From Octopus bimaculoides (taxonomy: Eukaryota): DNA of 64,000 nt. Under the pieces are notes generated by a model. The model did no database searches and was not told the DNA's origin. It saw nothing but the letters and a program-made list of their open reading frames with translations. Shown here piece by piece: positions 12,020 to 24,916 of this stretch (position 1 is the stretch's first letter; each line of letters begins with the position of its first letter). The DNA is taken from assembly GCF_001194135.2 (NCBI RefSeq), contig NC_068985.1, positions 20,038,662-20,102,661 on the forward strand, read 5' to 3'. The position numbers and the translations under genes are program-made.

Positions 12020-13420
12020 CCCACCCACAACAAATATAAGAAAAACTATAAAGAAATCCGAAAGTAAAACCATGAAATACACATAAAAGACCTACAGCTA
12101 ATGGAATGATTGCACTTCACAGCATCTTCAAATACCCATACCAGCGCTGCCAAATTTCTAGAATAATATAATTTTAAAAACTTTAACAAAACCCATCTGA
12201 AACAAATTCATAGAGACCGCCTTAACCTCCTACACCCATCTTAAAAAATCATAGAAAGTCTAATTTCTAACATTATCGACTTTCACATTTCTGCTTCGAA
12301 TTCGCAACATAGATTTTACACTCAACTATCTCACTGATCTCTCCCACCAAACTTTACATAAAGAATACACAGTGGCTTGAAGATTGAAAAAAAAAGAAAA
12401 GCTCTTATGCAACATCATAACTTCGAACGTCTCTAGCAAACCATTTAACTCAATCCTCGGTACCTATTTATTAATTAGATACTCAATATAACCTTAAAAA
12501 CATTTGTTCAGTCAGGATCGGCCAAAGGATAAACTAATGATAAAATTCTGGCGAGCAAATTTCATTCCAAGCCTCCCTGCGTATGTGTACAGTATGTATG
12601 GTGGCACTCCGTCGGTTACGACGACGAGGGTTCCAGTTGATCTGATCAACGGAACAGCCTGCTCATGAAATTAACGTGCAAGTGGCTGAGCACTCCACAG
12701 ACACGTGTACCCTTAACGTAGTTCTCGGGGAGATTCAGCGTGACACAGAGTGTGACAAGGCTAGCCCTTTGAAATACAGGCACAACAGAAACAGGAAGAA
12801 AGAGTGAGAGTAAGTTGTGGTGAAAGTGTACAACAGGGTGCGCCACAAGCCCCCTGCCGGAGCCTCGTGGAGCTTTAGGTGTTTTCGCTCAGTAAACACT
12901 CACAACGCCCGGTCTGGGAATCGAAACCGCGATCCTACGACCGCGAGTCCGCTGCCCTAACCACTGGGCCATTGCGCCTCCACATGTGTACAGTAACAAG
13001 ATAGCTGAAACCAGAAGCTTTTTAAAAGGTGTGTCACAAGAATCCATCCTCTCGCCATATGATTCAGTTTATAGCGAACGAGCTGCCTACAACTTAGAAA
13101 AAAATCGTCATACACAGCCTAATAAGTAGATGACTTCATCACATCCTTCCAATATTCCCAAAACACAATAGTGTAAATTTTCCAATCCTGCTGCAAACTG
13201 CTAGAAATCTGGCTTGAAACATATTGATCAAAAAGTAATCATTACCAAAACTGCCATCTCTCTTCTTAGTAACAACACAAACGAATACAGCCTACCGTCA
13301 CGTTCAATAGTACAAGCAAACAAAATACTTAAAAACCTAAAATGTTAGAAATAGCGTTGCACGCAGACATAAAAGACAGAGTAAAGAAAGTAAAGCGTAC
13401 ATTTAAAATTAAATCATTCA
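12020..13420 (+). mobile_element. Degenerate non-LTR retrotransposon RT (I/Jockey-like), copy 1
   Basis: Frameshifted motifs: HRDRLNLLHPS*KIIESLI (YRPISLL..SKI.E), GVSQESILSP (GVPQGS.LSP) at 13028, *VDDFIT (YxDD), KLLEIWL..KVIITKT. Confidence 0.75.
12595..12983 (-). mobile_element. Young tRNA-derived SINE family D inserted in the LINE, with 12-bp TSD
   Basis: Head gtggaggcgcaatggcccagtggttagggcagcggactc...ggtttcgattcccag (A and B boxes); TSD atgtgtacagta at 12583-12594 and 12984-12995. Confidence 0.92.
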
Positions 13421-13504
13421 CAGGTTTTATTCTAAGAACACTATCCCTCCCTCTTTGTCCAGAGAAATAAAGATAAGCAAAACAGTACATATAAATAATC
13501 CATT

Positions 13505-13670
13505 CTACTATAAGCACAAGGCCTGGAATTTTGAGGGGAAGAATTTAGTCGATTACATCGACCCAAGCATTCGACTGGTATTTATTTTAGCGACTCCAAG
13601 TATTTGAACTCAGAACGTACTGAGCATTTTGTCAGGATTGCTAACGATTCCGCCAACACGCTGCCTTATG
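13505..13670 (-). mobile_element. SINE family B
   Basis: aggcct.gaattttgagggga...gtcgattacatcgaccc...gctaacgattccgcca. Confidence 0.75.
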
Positions 13671-14179
13671 GTGTTTTAGTGCTTAAACAATAATGATAGT
13701 AACAAAAACAATCTCATTGTCCTCAAGCACTACTGAAATGCACCAGGGATATGTGCGGACAAGTAATTATCGTACTTCGATCCGGTTCACTCGCTTTCGT
13801 CTCTACCAACCAAGAAACTTCTGCACGATCGATTGATCTTCCAGAAATAATAACCAAACGCTCCCTCATACAAGCCTGTATTAACTTAAAACGGAAGAAT
13901 ACACTGGATAATGTAGTCCTTGATATAACATGCCAAAAAATACGACAGGATGGACATGACTAGAACTCACAGATATATACCGACAACACAAAACACCAAA
14001 AACTTATATCATAAATTCAAGATCGCAACAAAATATAACAAGAAAATGTGGGTGTAAGTTAAATATCTTCATTTTCACATTCATAGCTCTGCAGTATATT
14101 CAAGCAGCAAATGTAAACATACGCACCCCACACGCAACAAAACTAACGACATCAAATACACGCCTTTATGAGATTAAAA

Positions 14180-17100
14180 ATCACAAAGAACGTTCATGTT
14201 GCTATTATATAAACTCAGATTAGGTTCTCTTAAATCTTAAATTACATCTTTGTTAGGGAGAACAGATCAACCCATGAACGAGGTCTTATAACGGACATAA
14301 AAGCATGCATCTACTGCAGAGATACCACTGACGATAATCGATCATTAAAAGCACACGATGCACTAGAAATGCAAGTATTCAAAATAAAAGCGAATGATAA
14401 GCAACACATTAGTGTAATAAACATCTGCATGCAGTCCATCAGCCGCCTCACCAGGTTACATAACCTATTATAGATAAACACGTCTTCATTTCGCAGATGC
14501 CCTACAAAAGCACAAGCTGTGTTGTAATAGTATTGCAACTGAATCCCCTTTGCATCTTGAATAACCCATGCCAACACACGTACCTCATAAAGGTAACAAC
14601 TACACCTCCTGTCCAAACATTACCTTCTGTTTTACATATCTAGCTATCATAAATAACTATATAACAAACAGTCCTTTAATCTCTAAGCACCTATCTATCA
14701 TCATCACAATACACTCTCATATCTCTGAGCTAAATAAAAAAAACGGTTCACAAGCTTCAAAACAGGCCGGTGGATTCGTTACCACCAAGAAAAAAATGAA
14801 GATTCGTAGATTCGCGGAACTAAACATCTCAATCGTCAACATAAACACTGCGGTTCAACGTAATAATTATAAACGATTTTCAAACTCATATCCTATAAAG
14901 CAATATAAAAAAATACTATTGCCCAATTAAGTCACCAAAGCGGCCAACATGATGAAAACTTGAGATAACCTCAAATACAACATATCCAATATATCATTCA
15001 ACAGATATAAATCTCAGCATCAAACAACTAAGCAAAAAAAAACTAAATTATAATAATCCATAGTAGAACAGAAAACTATGACAAGCAACAAGACACGTCA
15101 TGAAACACTATGCAGAATAATTGAAAGTATCAATATCTCTTACAATAGCCACACCACATCGCAGGTGACAGTAACAATTTCCGATAATGTATCTACACTC
15201 AAACAGAAAACAAACATTGTTTTCGAATATCAGCCACCAAAAATAACTTATGGAGAATAGGAATAAAATGCGTAAAATACGTATCTTCAAACATAAGCCG
15301 TAATCGCAGATTCTTATCTATGCCAGATGCAAGGAAAGCAAATGAAAAATCTACATCTTCAAAAGCCTTAATCTGAAAAATTTCAAACGTACAACTAAAA
15401 TATTTTGAGCTCGAAGGAGTTATTGTACTCACTAATATCTACAACGCTGCCTAAATCTCCATTATTAGGAAAGTGATAAAATTTATCGCAATTCTGAAGC
15501 ATCCTATAAAAAACAACACAAAACAGAGCAAAACAAAAAGCAAGAGAAATGATATCACTCAGATCCATCAACTTCCTATACACACCTTTAAACATTTTAG
15601 GGAAAAGTTCTCGATATCTATTCATAGCTCATGCATTCCAATGTTCAAATCATAACACGGGATCAGGCACTACACTAAACCACTGTACAACTCACAAAAC
15701 TCACACAAAATACATGACGGTTTCAACGGTACAAACTACGAGGTGTTTTCCAGAAATTTTGAGATTTTTATGTTGGGAGAGGCAGTTATAACTGCAATTT
15801 TAGTATATCGTTAATATAAATCTAATAAACTGAACTATCCAATAACTTTTGTTATTCCAGATTGAAGGAGACGGCTGTAACAGCACTTTGAATACACCCT
15901 ACTAAACAATGCTTGTCACACCTGACTGGTTTGCAGAATGCGCTTGGAACGCAAAGACAATTTAGAAATTCGCTATACAATAAAGTTTACAGTTAAACTG
16001 GGTAAAAACGCTGCAGAAACTTATGAAATGTTCCAGAACTGTTTATGGATTAACTCGTATGAGCTGAGCATCTGTTTTACGCCGGTTTAAAAGACCAGGC
16101 ACAAGTCATGATGATCCCTTTTCCAACTGCAAGGGAATCATCTACATCCACTAAGTTTCTCTGGCCCGTTGGTCTACAAAGACTAATTCTTGGAGGTTTT
16201 GAGGGAGTTCAGGAAGAGATTTCGTCGCAAAAGGTCTGATTACAGGTACCAGTTCACAATTCCATATTGGTAACCAAAAAATTGACAGAGATAGGCATCA
16301 AAACTGTCCCTCACTCTCCCTAAAGACCAAACCTTGCTCCCTATGACTTTTGGTTGTTTCTCTAAGTTGAAAGAGAAGACGAAGGCGGCTGTGACAAGGA
16401 TCCTGGACACCTTCACTTTGGAGGATTTCCATGGACTTTCGCGAAATGACTGGAGCGTTACAAAAATTGCATTGAAGCCAGAATAGCCTATTTTGAAGGA
16501 GATTAGAGTTTTGTATTTACTTGAAATAATAAATGCTTCATCTGAAAATGTTTCAGAACTTCTGGAATGCACCTTGTAAATTAAACCTACGTGCATCACT
16601 GACATCTGGCAAAATTTCGTCGCCATCTTTCATCACTCATATAAAATACTCAGTATAGTTACTTAAAAAAGAAACAATATAAAATCCTGTCCGGCAAATT
16701 AGTTTACCATACGTATGCAGTATTCAGTAATAATACATGTAGAATTTATAAATTCCTAAATGGTGTACTACAAAGATATATCCTTTCATATACACTTTTT
16801 AGCCTGTATCCATACGATCTTTCCACCACATCCTCAAAGCACATGCCCAGCCTTATACGCAGTTGTGACAGGGTCCCACATTTGTAATATAGTGACTTGG
16901 GAACCTAGATCGACTGAAATTATCACAAAAAATTAATGGATAAAACTTCCTATAATGGGATTTAAAACACAAAAAAAAAAATACGCAAAGGATCCAATAA
17001 GATCACTCAACTAAATGATTGAAATTAATTTTCCTTACTTGTTATTTTTAGGCTTTAGGTCGACTTAGGGGGAGTTTTTGTTTCCTAATGGCATGGATAA

Positions 17101-17450
17101 GCTCATTTGATTGAAGTTTTCCAACTCACTGTATTACATATGGATACCCTGCAGAACACTCAGGAGGTAATTACCTTCAACCATATTATGGGTAAATGGC
17201 ACAACATTCGTTTCATCCTACTACTTCCAGACACAGCTGCATACATTCTCCAAACGTACACCAACCACCAAGAAACCTAGCTCTAAAACAACAGACATAC
17301 TGTAGCAAATGCCAAATTTCACTGTCTCTTTTCCTCTCAGCCACACCAGAAAACATTAATTACTACCAGCAACCAACATAAACTTTCGACACTACAAAAG
17401 TACTTGAAGTTACATAAAACACACGTATAACATTCACAGCACATGTAGAA
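14180..17450 (+). mobile_element. Degenerate LINE ORF2 (APE endonuclease + RT), copy 2, split by a mariner
   Basis: EN-like NYIFVRENRSTHERGLITDIK and PTHVPHKGNNYTSCPNITF. RT-like SLRSINFLYTPLNILGK, TDIWQNFVAI, NGVLQRYILSYTLFSLY and LYAVVT (YADD-like). Many stops and frameshifts. Confidence 0.7.
15739..16576 (+). mobile_element. Internally deleted mariner with both ITRs and TA target duplication
   Basis: TA|cgaggtgttttccagaaattttgag ... tcagaacttctggaatgcaccttg|TA; transposase remnant IRYTIKFTVKLGKNAAETYEMF. Confidence 0.88.
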
Positions 17451-18109
17451 GACATTAGAAAGAAAGGAAAATGGCGCACAAACACAGAGTACTCACAGTC
17501 ACTGCATATTGCCAAGGCACACATAAAAGACAAAACAGTAATATTAACGAACAAGAATGCATTTGATCGATCTCAAACGTGTCAGTCCTATTTAAGCTCC
17601 ACTCCTCTATCTCTTCACGAAAACGCGCAACAAACTACAAAGAACACAAAACACAGCACTTCACAACAAATAAAGCTATAAATAACACCATGTAAATAGT
17701 GGGTAAAAACAAAAAGACCCTTTGGATAGAGAGGGTAGGAGGCTGACATATGACGCGAGCCCACACTTTCTGTGAACGTGACAGACGTTCTATTACTGGA
17801 CCAAAGAAATCTTTCGAAATTCTTCTACGTCATTAAAATTCAGAAAGTTCGAAGGGCTTAGAATGATTCGTTTTTAGGGGTAGAACACGAAGTAGATAAA
17901 GTTATAAATAATAAAATGAAAATATTGTGAAGCCAGCGAGTGTTTCTATCTAAAGAGGGGTTTTAACTCAATATTTACAAGCTATTATGAATTTTTATTT
18001 CAACCGTTAAAAACGAATTATTTCATGCCTTGAGAAGTTTCTAAATTCTTATGAAAAAAAACAAAAAAAAACAACAAAACAAAACAAAAGGAAATTTGAA
18101 CATTCCTGT

Positions 18110-18720
18110 AGGCGCAGGTGTGGCTGTGTGGTAAGAAGCTTACTTAAAGGCGGCGAGCTGGCAGAAACGTTTGCATGCCGGGAGAAATGCTTAGCGGTAT
18201 TTCGTCTGCCGTTACGTTCTGAGTTCAAATTCCGCCGAGGTCGACTTTGCCTTTCAACCTTTCGGGGTCGATAAATTAAGTACCAGTTACGCAATGGGGT
18301 AGATGTAATCGACTTAATCCGTTTGTCTGTCCTTGTTTGTCCCCTCTATGTTTAGCCCCTTGTGGGCAATAAAGAAATAAGAAGCTTACTTCCCAACCAC
18401 ATGGTTCAGGGTTCAGTCCCACTGCATGGCACCTTGGGCAAGTGTCTTCTGCTATAACCTCGAGCCGACCAAAGCCATGTGAATGGATTTGGTAGACGGA
18501 AACTGAAAGAAGCTCGTCGTGTGGATATAGTTATATATATGCATATATAGTTATGTGTGTGTCTTTGTGTCTATGTTTGACACCCACCATCGCTTGACAA
18601 CCGATGCTGGTGTGTTATGTCTCCGAAACTTAGCGGTTCGGCAAAGGTGTTCGATAGAATAAGTACTAGATTTACAAATGGCCACAGTCAAATGACTGAA
18701 ACTTGAAAAAACAGACTATT
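18110..18720 (+). mobile_element. SINE family A whose tRNA head is interrupted by a SINE B insertion
   Basis: The head aggcgcaggtgtggctgtgtggtaag resumes as cccaaccacatggttcagggttcagtccc after the insert. Confidence 0.88.
18146..18377 (+). mobile_element. Young SINE family B with 14-bp TSD
   Basis: TSD taagaagcttactt at 18132-18145 and 18378-18391; head ggcggcgagctggcagaaacg...ctgagttcaaattcc. Confidence 0.92.
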
Positions 18721-19167
18721 CCTAGCAAGGAATTTGTAAATGTATCAACCTTCAGAACATCATAATCCTTTTTGTTATCTATGAAAAAAACAGATCTTTT
18801 CTGTTAATGTCACAGATTCGGAAATTTTAAAATTGTTAATGGAAATTTTCAAATTTGCTGTATGCTGAATCCGAATTTGGGATCCATTTTATTTTTTTCA
18901 GAAAAAAAAAAAAAAGAAAAATGATACAGAGGTTCGAAGTTTGATCATTTTTAGCCAATCAGTAAACAAGAAGCCGAAATCGGCATTTTCTGCGTGATGG
19001 CTGTCTGTCACAAAGTGATCCTCGTCAAAACCTGTGGTGATGGTTGTAGTGGAGAAAGTGTCACAGGCGCGTCCGCACAGCGTCCTTGTTACAACGGAAA
19101 AAGGGCAGTTATGGAAACATAACAATGTGAGATTTATGGTCATGTGCATAATAGTGGCTTTCGGTTG

Positions 19168-19700
19168 GCCTGAAATTTTAGGGGAGAGGGATAGTCGATC
19201 ACATCGACTCCAGTATTTCACTGGTATTTAATTTTATCGATCCCAAAAGGATGAAAGGCAAAGTGGACCTCGGCGGAATTTGAACTCAGAACGTGAAAAC
19301 GGACGAAATACCGCTAAGCATTTCGCCCTGCGTGCTAATGATTCTGTCAGTTCAACGCCTTAATAATGATAATAATAATCCTTTCTACTATAGGCACAAA
19401 GCCTGAGATTTTTATGGGCGGAGGAAAGTCGATTATATCGACCCCAGTGCGTAACTGGTACTTATTTAATCGATCCTGAAAGGATGAAAGACAAAGTCGA
19501 CCTCGGCGAAATTTGAACTCAGAACGTAAAAACGTAATAATTCTTTCTACTGGAAGCACAAGGCCTCAAATTTGGGGGAAGTGATTAAGTCGATTACATC
19601 GACCTCAGTGCGTAACTGGTACTTATTTAATAGTTTCCAAAAGGATGAAAAGCAAAGTCGACCTCGGCAGAATTTGAACTCAGAATTGGAACGTAGCGAC
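19168..19700 (-). mobile_element. Three tandem head-to-tail SINE B units
   Basis: The unit 'gtcgat..catcgac..cagt...gtcgacctcggcg.aatttgaactcagaa' occurs three times. Confidence 0.85.
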
Positions 19701-20869
19701 TTATCTCAGTTAATTAAGCAAAATAGCAGGAAGACGATCACAGCTTGTCAAGGTTGAGACATCCCAGAGTGGCCGGTCAACCAAATCATCATTTGAGAAC
19801 CGACTCACTGGACAATGAACCGTGGACATTCTCCAGAATCTGGGTCAAGAGCCTGAAGGAGAACAGTGCAGAGGATTTGAGGTACTGGTGATGGAATGGG
19901 ATATGTGACGAGTCCATTATTGTGCTCGATACAAGTGCAGTTTGAAGTCTCTAGATATTGACAATGACGTTGTTCCAAACTTCATGTTTGGATTCGTTTG
20001 CATACATTCAAAGACGATAAAAAGACAAACAATAAAAATAAAACCATTATGTTATTTCCTTCCGCATTTCTAAAAATTGTAAATCCATAAATTGAGTTTT
20101 ATTATCTCAGTATGATGATTATAATGTGAATTCCTAGTGTCAATGATCTATACACCAAACTAAGTTTATTTCATCTAAAAATAAAACCGAATATTTTTTA
20201 GTTGTCATCGTGGCATCTCATTTGATTCTGACAATAGCAGGAGTTAAGGAAATATTTTCTTTTGGCGTAGAAATGTAGCTATAGTGTTGTAAAAGTCCAT
20301 ATTTTTATAGAACATTTGCTATTTTGATGTATTATGATGTGTTTTGACTTGATTCCAACAGTCTGAAGCTGCAATTATTCACTTAAACTGTATTTAACGC
20401 TAGATTATATCAAATAACACACCAGCTTTTCTGTTACTTCAGAACGGTTCCAGATACCACAAGGTTACACTAGGGAGCAATGCAGCAGTCATTTTACAAC
20501 ACAAATTAATTCCCGGTTTCCCTGCTGAGTGATATGACATTGTTTTCACACAGTTTTTTCCTTTGTTATTTTCTCTCCCAAAGAGTTTATATTTGACAAC
20601 ATTCCAATTTCATTGATGTCAAGAAAACTAAATCGGTAAATTGGTGCAGTAGATATCTTATAACCAATTGGAAAACGATTAAAGGTTTTAGCGAACGGTC
20701 ATAACGCATGACCAAAGTTCTCAGTAAACGGTTTTCATTTACGACCGAAGTTATTTTCCCTTCACAGATACTGTTAACATTTCAGGTAAAAGAATAGACA
20801 TCACAAATTTGCATTTACTTTTCTACATATAAAGAAAACAATCTTGTGTAACTAAAATCGTTTTTCTTT

Positions 20870-21035
20870 TGTGCCGAGCCAATCTACAGAACATAGTACG
20901 ATAGAGTCGGTTATCAACGTTTTCGTAAACGGAAGTATCTATTAACAGGTTATTAGCCATTTTGACTTTGAGAGACCAGTAAACGAGAGTTGTAACATTC
21001 ACACACACTTTTCTTAATGCATTCGCAGGGTAAGT
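20870..21035 (+). promoter_or_regulatory. Candidate TATA-less promoter and first exon (donor at 21030)
   Basis: AGCCAATC (20877), ACGGAAGT ETS-like (20929), GCCATTTTG YY1-like (20956), locally CpG-rich; ATG CAT TCG CAG G|gtaagt. Confidence 0.5.
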
Positions 21036-21234
21036 AAAAGGAAATAGATATATATTTCGATAGTGAATTGCAGACTTTAGTTGTTGGGAGATTGCCTTTC
21101 ACTTTATAGCAGTGTTTCTCAAGGTGGAGCTCGCGGGGATTTGGGTTACTTCAGGAACAAGCGTAAGTAAATAGTAAATGGATAAAACTTGCTATAAAAT
21201 TTAAGCTAAAACTACATTTGAATATATCGTTTAT

Positions 21235-21412
21235 ATTTTACTTGTTTCCAGTCATTTGACTGCAGCCCTACTGGGGCACCACCTTGAACGCTTTAGTCGA
21301 ACAACTCGATCCCAGGACTTATTTCATCTGTCAGTTTTCCCGAAGAACCGCTAAGTTACGGAGACATAAAAAACCCCAACAATAGTTGTTAAGCAGTGGT
21401 GGAGACAACACG

Positions 21413-21493
<81 letters not shown>

Positions 21494-21645
21494 ACCCACG
21501 CTCGCACACGCACGCACTGTCCCCGCTACCACACAGTTTCCGTTTACCAAATCTGCTCACAGGGCTTTGGCTAGTCCGGGGCTAAAGTAGAAGACATTTG
21601 TCCAAGGTATCGTGCACTGGGATTGGAAAGCTTCTTAACCACATA
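21235..21645 (-). mobile_element. SINE family A with (CA)n
   Basis: Matches the family A body. Confidence 0.85.
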
Positions 21646-21892
21646 CTGTATATTCTATATACTTTATTCATAGTCTGACGAATGTGTTTTCCTTTTTTAT
21701 ATATTTTTTTTGATTTTGAAAACTTGAAGTGGAGTATAGGACCAAAATATTGAGAAAGACAGTTTCACAACATTCTCATCGACTTGCTATATTTCTGCTG
21801 TTATGTCATATAAACCACCCACACTTTTGTTATCTCTTATACGAAGCATATTTGCTACGATAACTTCAACACTAAGGATTCACTTGATATAT

Positions 21893-22234
21893 CTTCTTCT
21901 TCTTCTTCTTCTTCTTCTTCTTCTTCTTCTTCTTCTTCTTCTTCTTCTTCTTCTTCTTCTTCTTCTTCTTCTTCTTCTTCTTCTTNNNNNNNNNNNNNNN
22001 NNNNNNNNNNNNNNNNNNNNNNNNNNNNNNNNNNNNNNNNNNNNNNNNNNNNNNNNNNNNNNNNNNNNNNNNNNNNNNNNNNNNNNNNNNNNNNNNNNNN
22101 NNNNNNNNNNNNNNNNNNNNNNNNNNNNNNNNNNNNNNNNNNNNNNNNNNNNNNNNNNNNNNNNNNNNNNNNNNNNNNNNNNNNNNNNNNNNNNNNNNNN
22201 NNNNNNNNNNNNNNNNNNNNNNNNNNNNNNNNNN
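21893..22234. repeat. (CTT)n microsatellite running into an assembly gap
   Basis: Direct. Confidence 0.95.
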
Positions 22235-22389
22235 TTTCTATTCCTCCTCCTCCTTCTTCCACTCCTCTTTTCCTCCTCACTCCTCTGAACCACAAGCTCT
22301 CCGTTTATCCCTGTGTCTCAACTGCAATGTTTTTAGCTAATCTATCGTTTTAATAAGTAAAAAAAAAATTAATTTCATTGTCGATCCAT

Positions 22390-22424
<35 letters not shown>

Positions 22425-22490
22425 TTTTTCCAAATAATAATAATATCTACTCATCCGGTTTTGAACTTGGAGTTAAAACACGATACTTAC

Positions 22491-22680
22491 TTCACTTGCC
22501 ACGTGATCTGTAGAGATCGCTTAACGCTTTTCGTGTTTGTCGTACGCTGTGTGAGGTGAGGCATGACGAATTTACTAGTAACGCAACGTAACAGGAGCTG
22601 AAACACTGAATAGCCAGCATCTGTCTGTTGGTGGCTATATTTATCAGCATTTGACGTCAATGATGCCAATGGAGGGGGAT
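22491..22680 (-). promoter_or_regulatory. Candidate promoter (CCAAT, CRE, TATA-like, Inr) and first exon ending at donor 22490
   Basis: GCCAAT at 22665-70, TGACGTCA at 22652-59, ATAAATATA at 22644-36, TCAGT at 22609-05; exon ends GAA|gtaagt. Confidence 0.5.
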
Positions 22681-23335
22681 TAATTGTCTAGCACTCTGCT
22701 CAACTTCCAACACACACGCAGACATAAACGTGCACACACACACGCATGCAGGTACGTAACGCAAACAACCACAAACACGTATGTATGTATGTAGGTATGT
22801 GAGTGCGTGCGTACGTGGATATGCGTGCATGCTTGTACGTATGTATGTACTATGTATGCACAAATGTATATGTTTGTATGCTTGTATGTAAGCACACACT
22901 CAAAATACATATGCACATATATGTATATATATATATATATATATACACACCTACACACAAGTTGGTAATATAATTNNNNNNNNNNNNNNNNNNNNNNNNN
23001 NNNNNNNNNNNNNNNNNNNNNNNNNNNNNNNNNNNNNNNNNNNNNNNNNNNNNNNNNNNNNNNNNNNNNNNNNNNNNNNNNNNNNNNNNNNNNNNNNNNN
23101 NNNNNNNNNNNNNNNNNNNNNNNNNNNNNNNNNNNNNNNNNNNNNNNNNNNNNNNNNNNNNNNNNNNNNNNNNNNNNNNNNNNNNNNNNNNNNNNNNNNN
23201 NNNNNNNNNNNNNNNNNNNNNNNNNNNNNTATATATATATATATATGTATATATGTATATATATATATATATATATACACACCTACACACAAGTTGGTAA
23301 TATAATTTCTGCTTGTAAGATGTCTTATATCGAAA

Positions 23336-23383
<48 letters not shown>

Positions 23384-23506
23384 CATGTGAGTGTTTGAGT
23401 GTGTGCGTGTGTGTATGTATATATCTATGTATTCACACGCAAATACACACACACATTAACAGACACATATGTGTATGTATAATAAAGCAGGGAATGTGTG
23501 CATGTT

Positions 23507-23545
<39 letters not shown>

Positions 23546-24916
23546 ATATACACACACACATATGTATATATATGTATACACATATATACATATATATATA
23601 TGTACACACATATGTATACACATGCATATACTCTCAAATTTATATATAGACGCCTACACAGAAGGTGGTAATATATTTTCTATACACCTTAGTCTATTTA
23701 TAGATTGCTGTAGGTGGTCTGGATTCACAGACTTCAGTATTTTTATAGCTTTATGAAATCGTAATTGTTAAAACGACACTTTTATTTTAACTATTTCCTT
23801 AATTGTAGTTTCAGGTGCGACAATTATCAGCTTGTCTAGTGAGCGCGCGCACACACGCACGCACGGACACGCACTCGTACAATCGCACATATACACACAT
23901 GCATATGTCTTCTCAAATATTTCTTTTACTGTATGTGTATCGTGTTCTTATTTACAATATTTATCTCTTCCATATATTTATCTTCATGGACGTCACATCT
24001 TCCGTTCTCTTTCCTCAAAGTATCAGCTGTCGGTATATATGAACCTCGTCTTGCCACATGCATTGAATATATATACTACATACGTATATGTATACATGTG
24101 TATATGTGTGTGTTTGTGTACAGTATATATANNNNNNNNNNNNNNNNNNNNNNNNNNNNNNNNNNNNNNNNNNNNNNNNNNNNNNNNNNNNNNNNNNNNN
24201 NNNNNNNNNNNNNNNNNNNNNNNNNNNNNNNNNNNNNNNNNNNNNNNNNNNNNNNNNNNNNNNNNNNNNNNNNNNNNNNNNNNNNNNNNNNNNNNNNNNN
24301 NNNNNNNNNNNNNNNNNNNNNNNNNNNNNNNNNNNNNNNNNNNNNNNNNNNNNNNNNNNNNNNNNNNNNNNNNNNNNNNNNNNNNNNNNNNNNNNNNNNN
24401 NNNNNNNNNNNNNNNNNNNNNNNNNNNNNNNNNNNNNNNNNNNNNNNNNNNNNNNNNNNNNNNNNNNNNNNNNNNNNNNNNNNNNNNNNNNNNNNNNNNN
24501 NNNNNNNNNNNNNNNNNNNNNNNNNNNNNNNNNNNNNNNNNNNNNNNNNNNNNNNNNNNNNNNNNNNNNNNNNNNNNNNNNNNNNNNNNNNNNNNNNNNN
24601 NNNNNNNNNNNNNNNNNNNNNNNNNNNNNNNNNNNNNNNNNNNNNNNNNNNNNNNNNNNNNNNNNNNNNNNNNNNNNNNNNNNNNNNNNNNNNNNNNNNN
24701 NNNNNNNNNNNNNNNNNNNNNNNNNNNNNNNNNNNNNNNNNNNNNNNNNNNNNNNNNNNNNNNNNNNNNNNNNNNNNNNNNNNNNNNNNNNNNNNNNNNN
24801 NNNNNNNNNNNNNNNNNNNNNNNNNNNNNNNNNNNNNNNNNNNNNNNNNNNNNNNNNNNNNNNNNNNNNNNNNNNNATATATATATATATATATACCCAC
24901 GTACATACATACATAC

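Noticed and set aside
22921-23310. Identical sequence on both sides of the 22977-23229 gap
   Set aside because: Typical false duplication at a gap edge caused by microsatellite alleles.
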